Shown in pieces: positions 39,030 through 46,948 of a stretch of DNA of 64,000 nt. The notes beneath the pieces were generated by a model that saw only the letters and a program-made list of their open reading frames with translations, searched no databases and was not told the DNA's origin. Source of the stretch: a virus; IMG/VR virus record IMGVR_UViG_3300021376_000010; one strand, given 5' to 3'. Both the position numbers and the translations under genes were made by a program. Numbering within the stretch: the stretch's first letter is position 1; each line of letters begins with the position of its first letter.

Positions 39030-39387
39030 AATCTCCAATCCTATCAAAGAATATTAGTTTGGCAGCATAATAAGAACCTATAACGGATTTGCCTTTCCAA
39101 TCAGAACCTACAACCATTATATCTGGTTTAAAAGATTTTATCAATCCTTCCAGTTCTTCATCGCAGGAAAAAAATCTTACCTCATCTACTGCTTTTAAAT
39201 TTTCTAAGAAAAATTTTCTTTCTTCTTGACTATGTATAGGTCTTGTTGGACCCTTCTTTTCCTTTACTCTTTCATCAGTGTCAATACCTACACACAAATA
39301 GTCACCAAGACTTTTTGCATAGTTCAAAAGTTCAAGGTGACCTCTATGTAGAATATCAAATGTTCCGTTTACAAAAACTGTTTTCAT
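38986..39387 (-). CDS. Heptose-1-phosphate nucleotidyltransferase (HldC / RfaE domain II-like)
   Basis: NGTFDILHRGH (HxGH), D..V...KG..RP, C-terminal YATTKII. Confidence 0.85.
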   Translation of the reverse strand: MKTVFVNGTFDILHRGHLELLNYAKSLGDYLCVGIDTDERVKEKKGPTRPIHSQEERKFFLENLKAVDEVRFFSCDEELEGLIKSFKPDIMVVGSDWKGKSVIGSYYAAKLIFFDRIGDYATTKIIQSIIDRG

Positions 39388-41096
39388 TTATTTGGAAAAT
39401 ATATAATTTTTTTTATTTCTGGTAGATACAAATATTCAATTTCACTGTTTCTCATAGTTTTAAATGCATCATCTATATTTTCTACCATTGTATCACCAGC
39501 AAGATTGAATGAAGTATTAAAAAGTATAGGAACTTTAGTTAATTCATAAAACTCTGATATAAGATTATAGTAATTTTTATTTTGTTCTTTTTTGAGAGTT
39601 TGAATTCTACATGTTCCATCAACATGAGTAATTGCTGGAATTTTATCTTGCTTTTCTTTCAATACATCAACAGCATACATCATATAGGGACTCTCATCAA
39701 GTCTATCCATATCAAACCAATCTGATGCATGTTCTAATAAGACAGTTCCAGCAAAAGGTCTAAAATACTCTCTTCTTTTTACTTTATTTACAATATCTTT
39801 TCCATTAGAAACTCTAGGGTCAAATAATATTGAACGATTCCCTAATGCTCTAGGACCTGATTCAGACTTTCCTTGTGCAATTGCAACAATGTTTCCTTGG
39901 ACCAAAAGGTTTGCCACATCTTTAGGTGTTACTTTGTATTCAAATTCATTATTTGAAAGATTATATTGATATGTTAAACTTTGTCCCAAGTAGATATTAT
40001 CATATTTTAAATTTGAATTTGGATTTACTTTTTGTATTAATTCAAAAGCAGCACCTAAAGAAATACCAGAATCTGAAGATACTGGTTCTACAAAAAGATT
40101 AACATCTTTTGGTAAAGATTTTAATAGTTTATAATTTGCTACACAGTTTAAAGCACATCCTCCTGTTAAAATTAAATTTCTAGAATTTGAAAGTGATAAT
40201 GCTTTTTTGCATAGATTTATTAGATAATCTTCATATTCATTTTGTATTTTATATGCAAGGTTTTGTCTTCTTCTTTCTAGTTCTTTATTACCATAATTAG
40301 CAGTCCCAGATAAAATCTTAATATCATCAGAGCACCAATGTGAATCGGATGCTTCAATATAATCATATCCTTTTAAAATTATTCCAATATTTTCTACATT
40401 ATGATAATTAATTATTCCACATCTTTCAAATAATCCACCATCTTTTGTTAATATTGATTTTATATTTGAGTCTTCTTGTCCATATGGGGCAAGACCCATA
40501 GTTTTTCCACATTCTAAACTACCCCATCCCAACCATTCCGTAACTGCCGAATAAACCATTCCAGCACCAATAACTTTTTGTTTTTTTACATAGTTTGGTA
40601 CTAATGTTTTTCTTTTATTTGTGACTTCCTCATTCGGCATTCCAAAAATTGATTGTTGCAAAATTTTTAAGGCACAATCTTTTTTTGCTTCAAAAATAGT
40701 TTCATTTTCTTTTCCATAATCATAATCTGCTCCTGCCCCATCAATGACAACAATTGTAGCATCATCAAAATTTGAATGCTTATAAGCACAATGTGCATGT
40801 AGATGGTGATGAGGAGATGGAGTAGAATAGTTTAAAACGACTATTCCACAAACATACTGAAGATATTTTACATATACTGTTGGGTCTGTATTAAAATCCC
40901 AAAGGTAAGTAAAGCAACAATAATCAATAACTTTAGTATATTCTTTTACTAAAGATAATCCATGAAGAGGAAATTTATCATTCTTTATATGAGTTAATCT
41001 CTCTTCTTCAAGATGAAGAACAATTTCATCATCTTTAAATAAAGTTATTGATGCATCATGATGAATATTGAATGATAAAATCCACATAGTCATCAT
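39384..41096 (-). CDS. CmcH/NodU/TobZ-family O-carbamoyltransferase (copy 2)
   Basis: HHDAS, EEER, HHHLHA, DGAG, GKTMGLAPYG, GGCALNC, ESGPRALGNRS, RPFA, HVDGTCRIQT, NTSFN. Confidence 0.92.
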   Translation of the reverse strand: MMTMWILSFNIHHDASITLFKDDEIVLHLEEERLTHIKNDKFPLHGLSLVKEYTKVIDYCCFTYLWDFNTDPTVYVKYLQYVCGIVVLNYSTPSPHHHLHAHCAYKHSNFDDATIVVIDGAGADYDYGKENETIFEAKKDCALKILQQSIFGMPNEEVTNKRKTLVPNYVKKQKVIGAGMVYSAVTEWLGWGSLECGKTMGLAPYGQEDSNIKSILTKDGGLFERCGIINYHNVENIGIILKGYDYIEASDSHWCSDDIKILSGTANYGNKELERRRQNLAYKIQNEYEDYLINLCKKALSLSNSRNLILTGGCALNCVANYKLLKSLPKDVNLFVEPVSSDSGISLGAAFELIQKVNPNSNLKYDNIYLGQSLTYQYNLSNNEFEYKVTPKDVANLLVQGNIVAIAQGKSESGPRALGNRSILFDPRVSNGKDIVNKVKRREYFRPFAGTVLLEHASDWFDMDRLDESPYMMYAVDVLKEKQDKIPAITHVDGTCRIQTLKKEQNKNYYNLISEFYELTKVPILFNTSFNLAGDTMVENIDDAFKTMRNSEIEYLYLPEIKKIIYFPNK

Positions 41097-41098
41097 GT

Positions 41099-42781
41099 TT
41101 AATTGGGAATATAAACAAGTTTTTGAATTTCTGGTAGGTACATATATTCAATATCACTCTGTTTTAAAGTATTAACACCATCTTCAACAGTTTCAACTAG
41201 AGGATCACCACCAAGATTGAAACTAGTATTGAACAGAATTGGAACTTCACTTAACTTCTCAAAAGCATCAATGAGATTATAATAATGTTGATTTTGTTCA
41301 GGAGTTACAGTCTGAATGCGGCAAGTTCCATCAACGTGAATGACCGAAGGAATTTTATCTTCAACACCATCTTGACACTTTACTGCATACATCATGTGTG
41401 GAGTTTCATCACGACCAGTTAGGTCAAACCAATCATGTACACATTCTTTCTTGATAGTACATGCAAATGGACGGAACCATTCACGACGTTTTACTGTATT
41501 TACGATATCTTTACCGTCTTTAATAGTTGGATCAAACAAGATAGAACGGTTGCCCAAAGCACGAGGACCACCCTCAGAACGACCTTGGTACATAGTAACA
41601 ATATTTCCTTCACGGATTAGTTTCGCAACTTCATCATATGAAGTATCAGTTACTTCAAGACCATCTAGAGCATCTTCATAGGTATCAGGGTTGTATTGAG
41701 GACCATAATAAACAGAAGCTTGTTTTAGAGGAGTTTTGTTTGATGTTACTTTATGCCAAACATATTTTGCACCTCCAATTGATGTTCCACCATCATGGGA
41801 AATTGGTTCACAATAGATATTCAAATCTGGGAACTCTTTCCAATACTTGTAATTGGCAACACAGTTTAGGCCATATCCACCACAGATAACAATATTTTTC
41901 TCTCCAGTTTCTTCATGTGCTTTACGAATCAGTTCGACCATTCTATCCGAAGTTGCTTCTTGAATAGCATATGCCATGTCCTTTTGAATTTCTGTATACT
42001 CATTTCTTTTATGATTTTCTACATCATTCATCAAAACTTCATATCTTCCAACATTTATTTTTGCAGCATTTGGATATGTGGGGATAATTACTTCTCTGTT
42101 TCCCCATCCATTAGTGAAGAATTTAGGAAGTGTGTCATTAGGTTTTCCGTAAGGGGCAAGACCCATTAGTTTACCTGCTTCAATAGCAGGGAATCCACAA
42201 TATTCAGTGACTGCTTCATACATTTTTGTATGACCAGGATACTCAGTAATAAAAACTCCATCACTTACTTGATTGCATCCAATTGGTGCTTTTGTTCCTA
42301 AGTGTTTATAAACTACTTCAAAATTGTTTGGATATGATGCTTGGAAAATAGTTTCAAATTCAAATACAACATCATCCACACCCTCAAATTTGAGAAAACT
42401 TCCAGCACCATCAGCAATTACACAAGCAGCAGTTTCAAATCCTGAGTTATAAAAACCACAAGCAGCGTGCATTTCGTGATGGACTGTATCAATGAAATGA
42501 ACTTCAAAGTCAAATTTTTTCTTTGCAAGTTTTCTTACCCATCCATGATACAGGTCTTCTCCAGTCCAATCCAATTGTGGACCATGCCTGTGGGTATGGC
42601 AAACAACCAAATGGTCAATATGGTCTACGTAATCAAATACCTTTTCAAGCCCCAATAGTGGAGAACCATCATATTTAAATTTGGACAATCTTTCTTCTTC
42701 TAGATAGAAAATAACTTCACCATCTTTTAAAAGAGTTGTGCTTCCATTATGTCCACGAGCACATGCTGCAATAATAGTCAT
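41099..42781 (-). CDS. CmcH/NodU/TobZ-family O-carbamoyltransferase (copy 1)
   Basis: GHNGS, EEERLS, HHEMHA, DGAG, GKLMGLAPYG, EGGPRALGNRS, RPFA, HVDGTCRIQT, NTSFN. Confidence 0.93.
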   Translation of the reverse strand: MTIIAACARGHNGSTTLLKDGEVIFYLEEERLSKFKYDGSPLLGLEKVFDYVDHIDHLVVCHTHRHGPQLDWTGEDLYHGWVRKLAKKKFDFEVHFIDTVHHEMHAACGFYNSGFETAACVIADGAGSFLKFEGVDDVVFEFETIFQASYPNNFEVVYKHLGTKAPIGCNQVSDGVFITEYPGHTKMYEAVTEYCGFPAIEAGKLMGLAPYGKPNDTLPKFFTNGWGNREVIIPTYPNAAKINVGRYEVLMNDVENHKRNEYTEIQKDMAYAIQEATSDRMVELIRKAHEETGEKNIVICGGYGLNCVANYKYWKEFPDLNIYCEPISHDGGTSIGGAKYVWHKVTSNKTPLKQASVYYGPQYNPDTYEDALDGLEVTDTSYDEVAKLIREGNIVTMYQGRSEGGPRALGNRSILFDPTIKDGKDIVNTVKRREWFRPFACTIKKECVHDWFDLTGRDETPHMMYAVKCQDGVEDKIPSVIHVDGTCRIQTVTPEQNQHYYNLIDAFEKLSEVPILFNTSFNLGGDPLVETVEDGVNTLKQSDIEYMYLPEIQKLVYIPN

Positions 42782-42791
42782 AGTTTACTCC

Positions 42792-43952
42792 TCAAACTGT
42801 TTTCATTGTGTCCATAAATCCTAATGATTTTTTATTTCCATTAGATTTGATGCCATTCTCTTCTAGGACTGCATCTATTGAATTAAGTGCTTTTTTTGTT
42901 TGCTCCGATGATGCTCCAGTAAGTTGAGGTGCTTGTTCCAACTTTGCGGGAGGCATACCACAAGATGCTTGTTGCTGTTCCATTGTTGGAAGAACAACAG
43001 AATCAGTCTTCTTTACATAATATCTATTCATCAATTTATCGACCGACTGAAGAATGACCGACTCAACTTTGTCATTCATTGCCATAATACCATCATTTGT
43101 TCTGCCACTTACTTCATCCATTGTAATACGAATTGGATCGTAGATTCTTAGACCTTCACCCATATCAAGAACTTCAAATTTATCACAATTTGGATAACTG
43201 ATATTTTCTTTACAGGTTGCCCCAACTATAACTACAGCAGGAATATCCAAAGAATATGCCATATGCTGACCAACAGAATCGCACCCAATGAAAAGATCTG
43301 ACTCTGCAATAATACCTGCCCATTGTCGTAAGTCAATACCTCTTGGGCAAGCAACTGGGTCTTTACAACCTTCTTTCTGGAAGTCTAGTTCAACTTCCCC
43401 CATATAAATTACGGAATATTTCTTTTGTAGTTTTTTTATGATTGATACAACGTTAGTAAATTCAAAACTTCTACCACTAGAATCAGTAATGAAATTGCCC
43501 ATCACCTGAGTTCCACGTCCAAATGGTTGGAAGACTACAACTTTTTCTTTCTTTGTTTTTTGCTTAACTTCCTCTACTACAAATTTACCATTAATCATTT
43601 CTTGTCTAGAAAGTTTAATGGTCGGTTTTTGAAGTTCTCGAACGCCTTTATCATTGATTTGAATATCAAAAGCCTGAGATAGGTTACACTTTTGATTATA
43701 GTATTCCCAGATACGATATGGTTCTGTTGTAACGATGTCCATATCCTTCAGTTTATCTCTGAAGAGATTTTTGTGCCAATGGTCGTAAACTTTTTGGAAA
43801 AGAGTTGGGTGTCCTTTGAAGAAATCTGTGCCTCCTTCGCAGACAATCAAAAAGTCTTTATCTGGGTTTTCTTCTTGGTATTTTTCAAATGCTGGTATCG
43901 AGCAAATCACTCTGCCTGCCCCACCATTTACAAAAAATGCTTTTGATCTCAT
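42792..43952 (-). CDS. GT9-like (heptosyltransferase-like) glycosyltransferase
   Basis: N-terminal GGAGRVICSIPA, VVVFQPFG, and GT9-type FIGCDSVGQHMAYSLDIPAVVIVG motif. Confidence 0.75.
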   Translation of the reverse strand: MRSKAFFVNGGAGRVICSIPAFEKYQEENPDKDFLIVCEGGTDFFKGHPTLFQKVYDHWHKNLFRDKLKDMDIVTTEPYRIWEYYNQKCNLSQAFDIQINDKGVRELQKPTIKLSRQEMINGKFVVEEVKQKTKKEKVVVFQPFGRGTQVMGNFITDSSGRSFEFTNVVSIIKKLQKKYSVIYMGEVELDFQKEGCKDPVACPRGIDLRQWAGIIAESDLFIGCDSVGQHMAYSLDIPAVVIVGATCKENISYPNCDKFEVLDMGEGLRIYDPIRITMDEVSGRTNDGIMAMNDKVESVILQSVDKLMNRYYVKKTDSVVLPTMEQQQASCGMPPAKLEQAPQLTGASSEQTKKALNSIDAVLEENGIKSNGNKKSLGFMDTMKTV

Positions 43953-43995
43953 TTTATCGCCTCAAACAAATGATGATGTTTTAATTATACAATTT

Positions 43996-44002
43996 TATTT
44001 AT
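43996..44002 (-). promoter_or_regulatory. Late-promoter core upstream of the sugar-modification operon
   Basis: ATAAATA directly downstream of the terminator; TATAAT hexamers are also present nearby. Confidence 0.55.
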
Positions 44003-44007
44003 TATAC

Positions 44008-44036
44008 AAAAAAGGGAGGGGTTTCCTCCCTCCTTT
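44008..44036 (-). terminator. Intrinsic terminator after the tail-assembly chaperone
   Basis: GGAGGG-aggaaac-CCCTCC followed by a T run. Confidence 0.7.
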
Positions 44037-44066
44037 ATTCTAACAGTTTAAAATTAAAACAGTCAA

Positions 44067-44945
44067 TTATTCGTTTTCTGATTCTTCTGTATTTTCTTCT
44101 TCTGCTGAATCACTAATTTGTTGTGGTTCTATAGTTGAGATATCAATTTCTTTTCCATCTCTATATGGTTTACCATCAACATACTCAACTGGACCTTCTG
44201 GTTTTGGAGGTGCTTCTGTTCCTGTTTTGTTATCAATACCAAATGCATTTCCATTTGATGCACTCCAATTATCCAATCCCATTGGATTCGATGGGAATGG
44301 AACCATCCAAGGAGTATCTAAATAATCTGCATATTTAACTGTAACATTATCAAGAGCAGTTAAATATGCTGCCCATTTTGTCTTTTGTGTGGAAGTAAAT
44401 CCAGTTGTTTCTGCTTTTTTTTCTAGTTTTTTGATTGACTCTAATGCATACAAAAGTTCTTCTTTTGTAATATGTGGTTTTTTCCATGGGAATGGTTTTT
44501 TCCATTCTTTAGTTTCGAAATCAAATTCAACCTCTCCCACTTCAATTGTTTTATTTGGATATGGTGGATTTGGTCTAGTATAAAATGGTTCTGTCTCTCC
44601 ATCCAAAGTATACGTCTTATGTGGTATTTCGTCTATAGATGGACCTATTGAATTACCAACAACTGCTGCTAAAAGTAAGGGTTCTTCTTCTACGTCAATC
44701 AAGGCATAATCATATCCTAAACCAGAGAAAGTATCTGCAGCTGCGTCATTTTCTTCTCTAGTTCTATCATCCTCATATAACATCCAACCCAACATACTAT
44801 TAATTTTTTTGGTATCTTTAAGTATCATAACATAAACTTTATCTGGACCTTCATAAGTCCATTCAGCAGTCAGACCAAGTTTATTTGTTTGTAGCAAATA
44901 ATCGTCTGGTATATTATATGTGAATTTTTTAGTCGTTTTTGCCAT
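44067..44945 (-). CDS. Tail-fibre assembly chaperone-like protein
   Basis: W..Y...L.......PWMVPFPSNP pattern of tail-assembly chaperones; directly downstream of the Gly/Cys-rich genes. Confidence 0.55.
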   Translation of the reverse strand: MAKTTKKFTYNIPDDYLLQTNKLGLTAEWTYEGPDKVYVMILKDTKKINSMLGWMLYEDDRTREENDAAADTFSGLGYDYALIDVEEEPLLLAAVVGNSIGPSIDEIPHKTYTLDGETEPFYTRPNPPYPNKTIEVGEVEFDFETKEWKKPFPWKKPHITKEELLYALESIKKLEKKAETTGFTSTQKTKWAAYLTALDNVTVKYADYLDTPWMVPFPSNPMGLDNWSASNGNAFGIDNKTGTEAPPKPEGPVEYVDGKPYRDGKEIDISTIEPQQISDSAEEENTEESENE

Positions 44946-44987
44946 AATACTTAACCTTTCTCCTGTTTTTTATTTATTTAAATCTAA

Positions 44988-45947
44988 TTAAACATATCTT
45001 ACGGTTACACGTACTGCACCTGCCCAACCAGGATTTCCACAGCAACAACCACCCCCACATACAGTTGCAGAAGCACCACCCAAACCAGGAACATAATTGT
45101 GGTCAATATAACCACCAAAACCCAAATTACCTGCTGCCCATGATTGATTCCAATTTCCGCAAGTAGAATTTTCACATTGGTGTGATGAGACCCAACCACC
45201 TTTTTGGTTTACTAATCCTCCTGGATAAGCAATGTGGTACATGTTCCAGCAACGGTTTTGGTGACAGAATAAACCATAAGCACCAGGAACACCAAATGCC
45301 CCGCCATCTGCACCAAAATAACGAGCACAGCAACCAACACATGAAGTATTGAGACCCACAACGTTACCAGTTCCACCAAATCCCTCAGAAGCTCCTATTG
45401 CGGTCTTCCAATAGCACTTATTACCACAGAACTGAGTAATACAGAAAGAGCAACCTCCCCATCCACCTTCAGCATAAAAACCAGTAAGTCCAGTTCCAGT
45501 TACTGTAGTGCATTCACCTCTTAAACCAGTATCATTAGGAACTTTACATGTTGGTGAACCAATTCTAAAGACATATGGTGTTCCAGATGCTACACCAACA
45601 ACGGTTTTGAATGCATAAGCACCCGATCCTCCAGGAATTCCGTAAGCACAGCAGCAAGCACCTGCTCCACCGCCACCAGCACCCCAAATTTCAAAGGTAA
45701 TTGCAGTTGTACCTGCTCCAGGATATGAAGGAACTTTCCAGCAACAATATACAAAATTGTTAAAACCCATCGTAAAGTCACCTGCTGGTGCTTGACAACA
45801 AGTGGTTTCGTAACTACCGTCGGTATTACCGCACATGTGTGCCATGAAATAAGTTACTTGACCCTCTCGAAGTCTTCCAATTCCACCTGAATGTATTCCT
45901 GTAAAATTTGGTTCTGCTGAACCCAACAGAGTTCTAAGATTTGCCAT
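44988..45947 (-). CDS. Cys/Gly-rich fibre-tip (adhesin-like) protein, paralog C
   Basis: About 25 Cys in 319 aa (manual count); FEIWGAGGGGAGACCC, PGGSGAYA, AEGG, GADGG, VRVT. Confidence 0.7.
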   Translation of the reverse strand: MANLRTLLGSAEPNFTGIHSGGIGRLREGQVTYFMAHMCGNTDGSYETTCCQAPAGDFTMGFNNFVYCCWKVPSYPGAGTTAITFEIWGAGGGGAGACCCAYGIPGGSGAYAFKTVVGVASGTPYVFRIGSPTCKVPNDTGLRGECTTVTGTGLTGFYAEGGWGGCSFCITQFCGNKCYWKTAIGASEGFGGTGNVVGLNTSCVGCCARYFGADGGAFGVPGAYGLFCHQNRCWNMYHIAYPGGLVNQKGGWVSSHQCENSTCGNWNQSWAAGNLGFGGYIDHNYVPGLGGASATVCGGGCCCGNPGWAGAVRVTVRYV

Positions 45948-45972
45948 TTTTAATATTTCCTCTTAAAGGTAT

Positions 45973-46935
45973 TTATCTATAGGTGATTCTAATTAGACCA
46001 GCTGTTCCAGGTGCAGAAATACAGCAACCACCCGCACATGTAGTTACAGAAGGATGCCCTGAACCTCTCATTCCCATACTACAGTTACTATTTCCAGGCC
46101 ATTCACCTAACCAACATTGTGCTCTTTCATTGCAGCAAGCATTTCCTGGATTTCTGTGAATAATATATCTTACTTCTTTATCACGGACTCCACCTGGTTG
46201 AGGAATACCAAGTCTTACGAAACAGTTATTTCCACAAATACAATCTACACGGAACCATCCCATTCTTCCAGGAACACCAAAATCTGCTCCATAATAGCAA
46301 GCACAATCACAAGCTCTACAACTACCAGGAACTGGATCTAATGAATAGCAACCCAATGAACCTCTTGGTGTTGTTCCAGTTGTTCCTCCAGGACCATATG
46401 TTCCAGTTAAATTAGCACCATGCTCATTATAGAAAATAAAGCAACATGTTCTACCTGGCATTCCGCCTTCAGCACAGAAGTTAGTGAGACCACATCCAGT
46501 TATCCATGTTTTGCATCCAGTAGCACCTAAGCAGGATGATGAGCAAGTTGTTGTTGGACCAAGGCACCATAGATAACAAAGACCACCTAAGGTTTCTAGT
46601 CCCATGTCTCTTGCACAAAGTGTTTTCATTGCATATGCACCTGAACCACTTGGAGTTCCTTGCATACAGCAACATGATCCTGCACCACCTCCTCCACCAC
46701 CCCAAATGTGGAATTGGACGGTAGTTACTCCAGGATAGACACAAAATCCACCACACCACTGCCTGTAACTGGTATCACAGGAATTAAGCCAACAGCCTCC
46801 ACCAAAAAATGTATCAAAACCATCTACAAGAGTATTGCCCCATCCATTTCCCCATTGGGTGGAACGGAATCCGCACACTCTTTGTTGGAGTTCAACTTGA
46901 TTTTCTGTATTTAATAATTCTCTTAATCTAGCCAT
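45973..46935 (-). CDS. Cys/Gly-rich fibre-tip (adhesin-like) protein, paralog B
   Basis: True start MARLRELL at ATG 46935 after AGGAG; about 33 Cys in 320 aa; IWGGGGGGAGSCCC, GSGAYA, FCAEGG, IRITY. Confidence 0.7.
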   Translation of the reverse strand: MARLRELLNTENQVELQQRVCGFRSTQWGNGWGNTLVDGFDTFFGGGCWLNSCDTSYRQWCGGFCVYPGVTTVQFHIWGGGGGGAGSCCCMQGTPSGSGAYAMKTLCARDMGLETLGGLCYLWCLGPTTTCSSSCLGATGCKTWITGCGLTNFCAEGGMPGRTCCFIFYNEHGANLTGTYGPGGTTGTTPRGSLGCYSLDPVPGSCRACDCACYYGADFGVPGRMGWFRVDCICGNNCFVRLGIPQPGGVRDKEVRYIIHRNPGNACCNERAQCWLGEWPGNSNCSMGMRGSGHPSVTTCAGGCCISAPGTAGLIRITYR

Positions 46936-46948
46936 TTGAAATCTCCTA

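Noticed and set aside
39384-43952. Carbamoyltransferases and glycosyltransferase as a DNA hypermodification system
   Set aside because: No hydroxymethylase, thymidylate-synthase homologue or nucleotide kinase is nearby, and the context is late and structural with heptose enzymes. Down-weighted rather than excluded.
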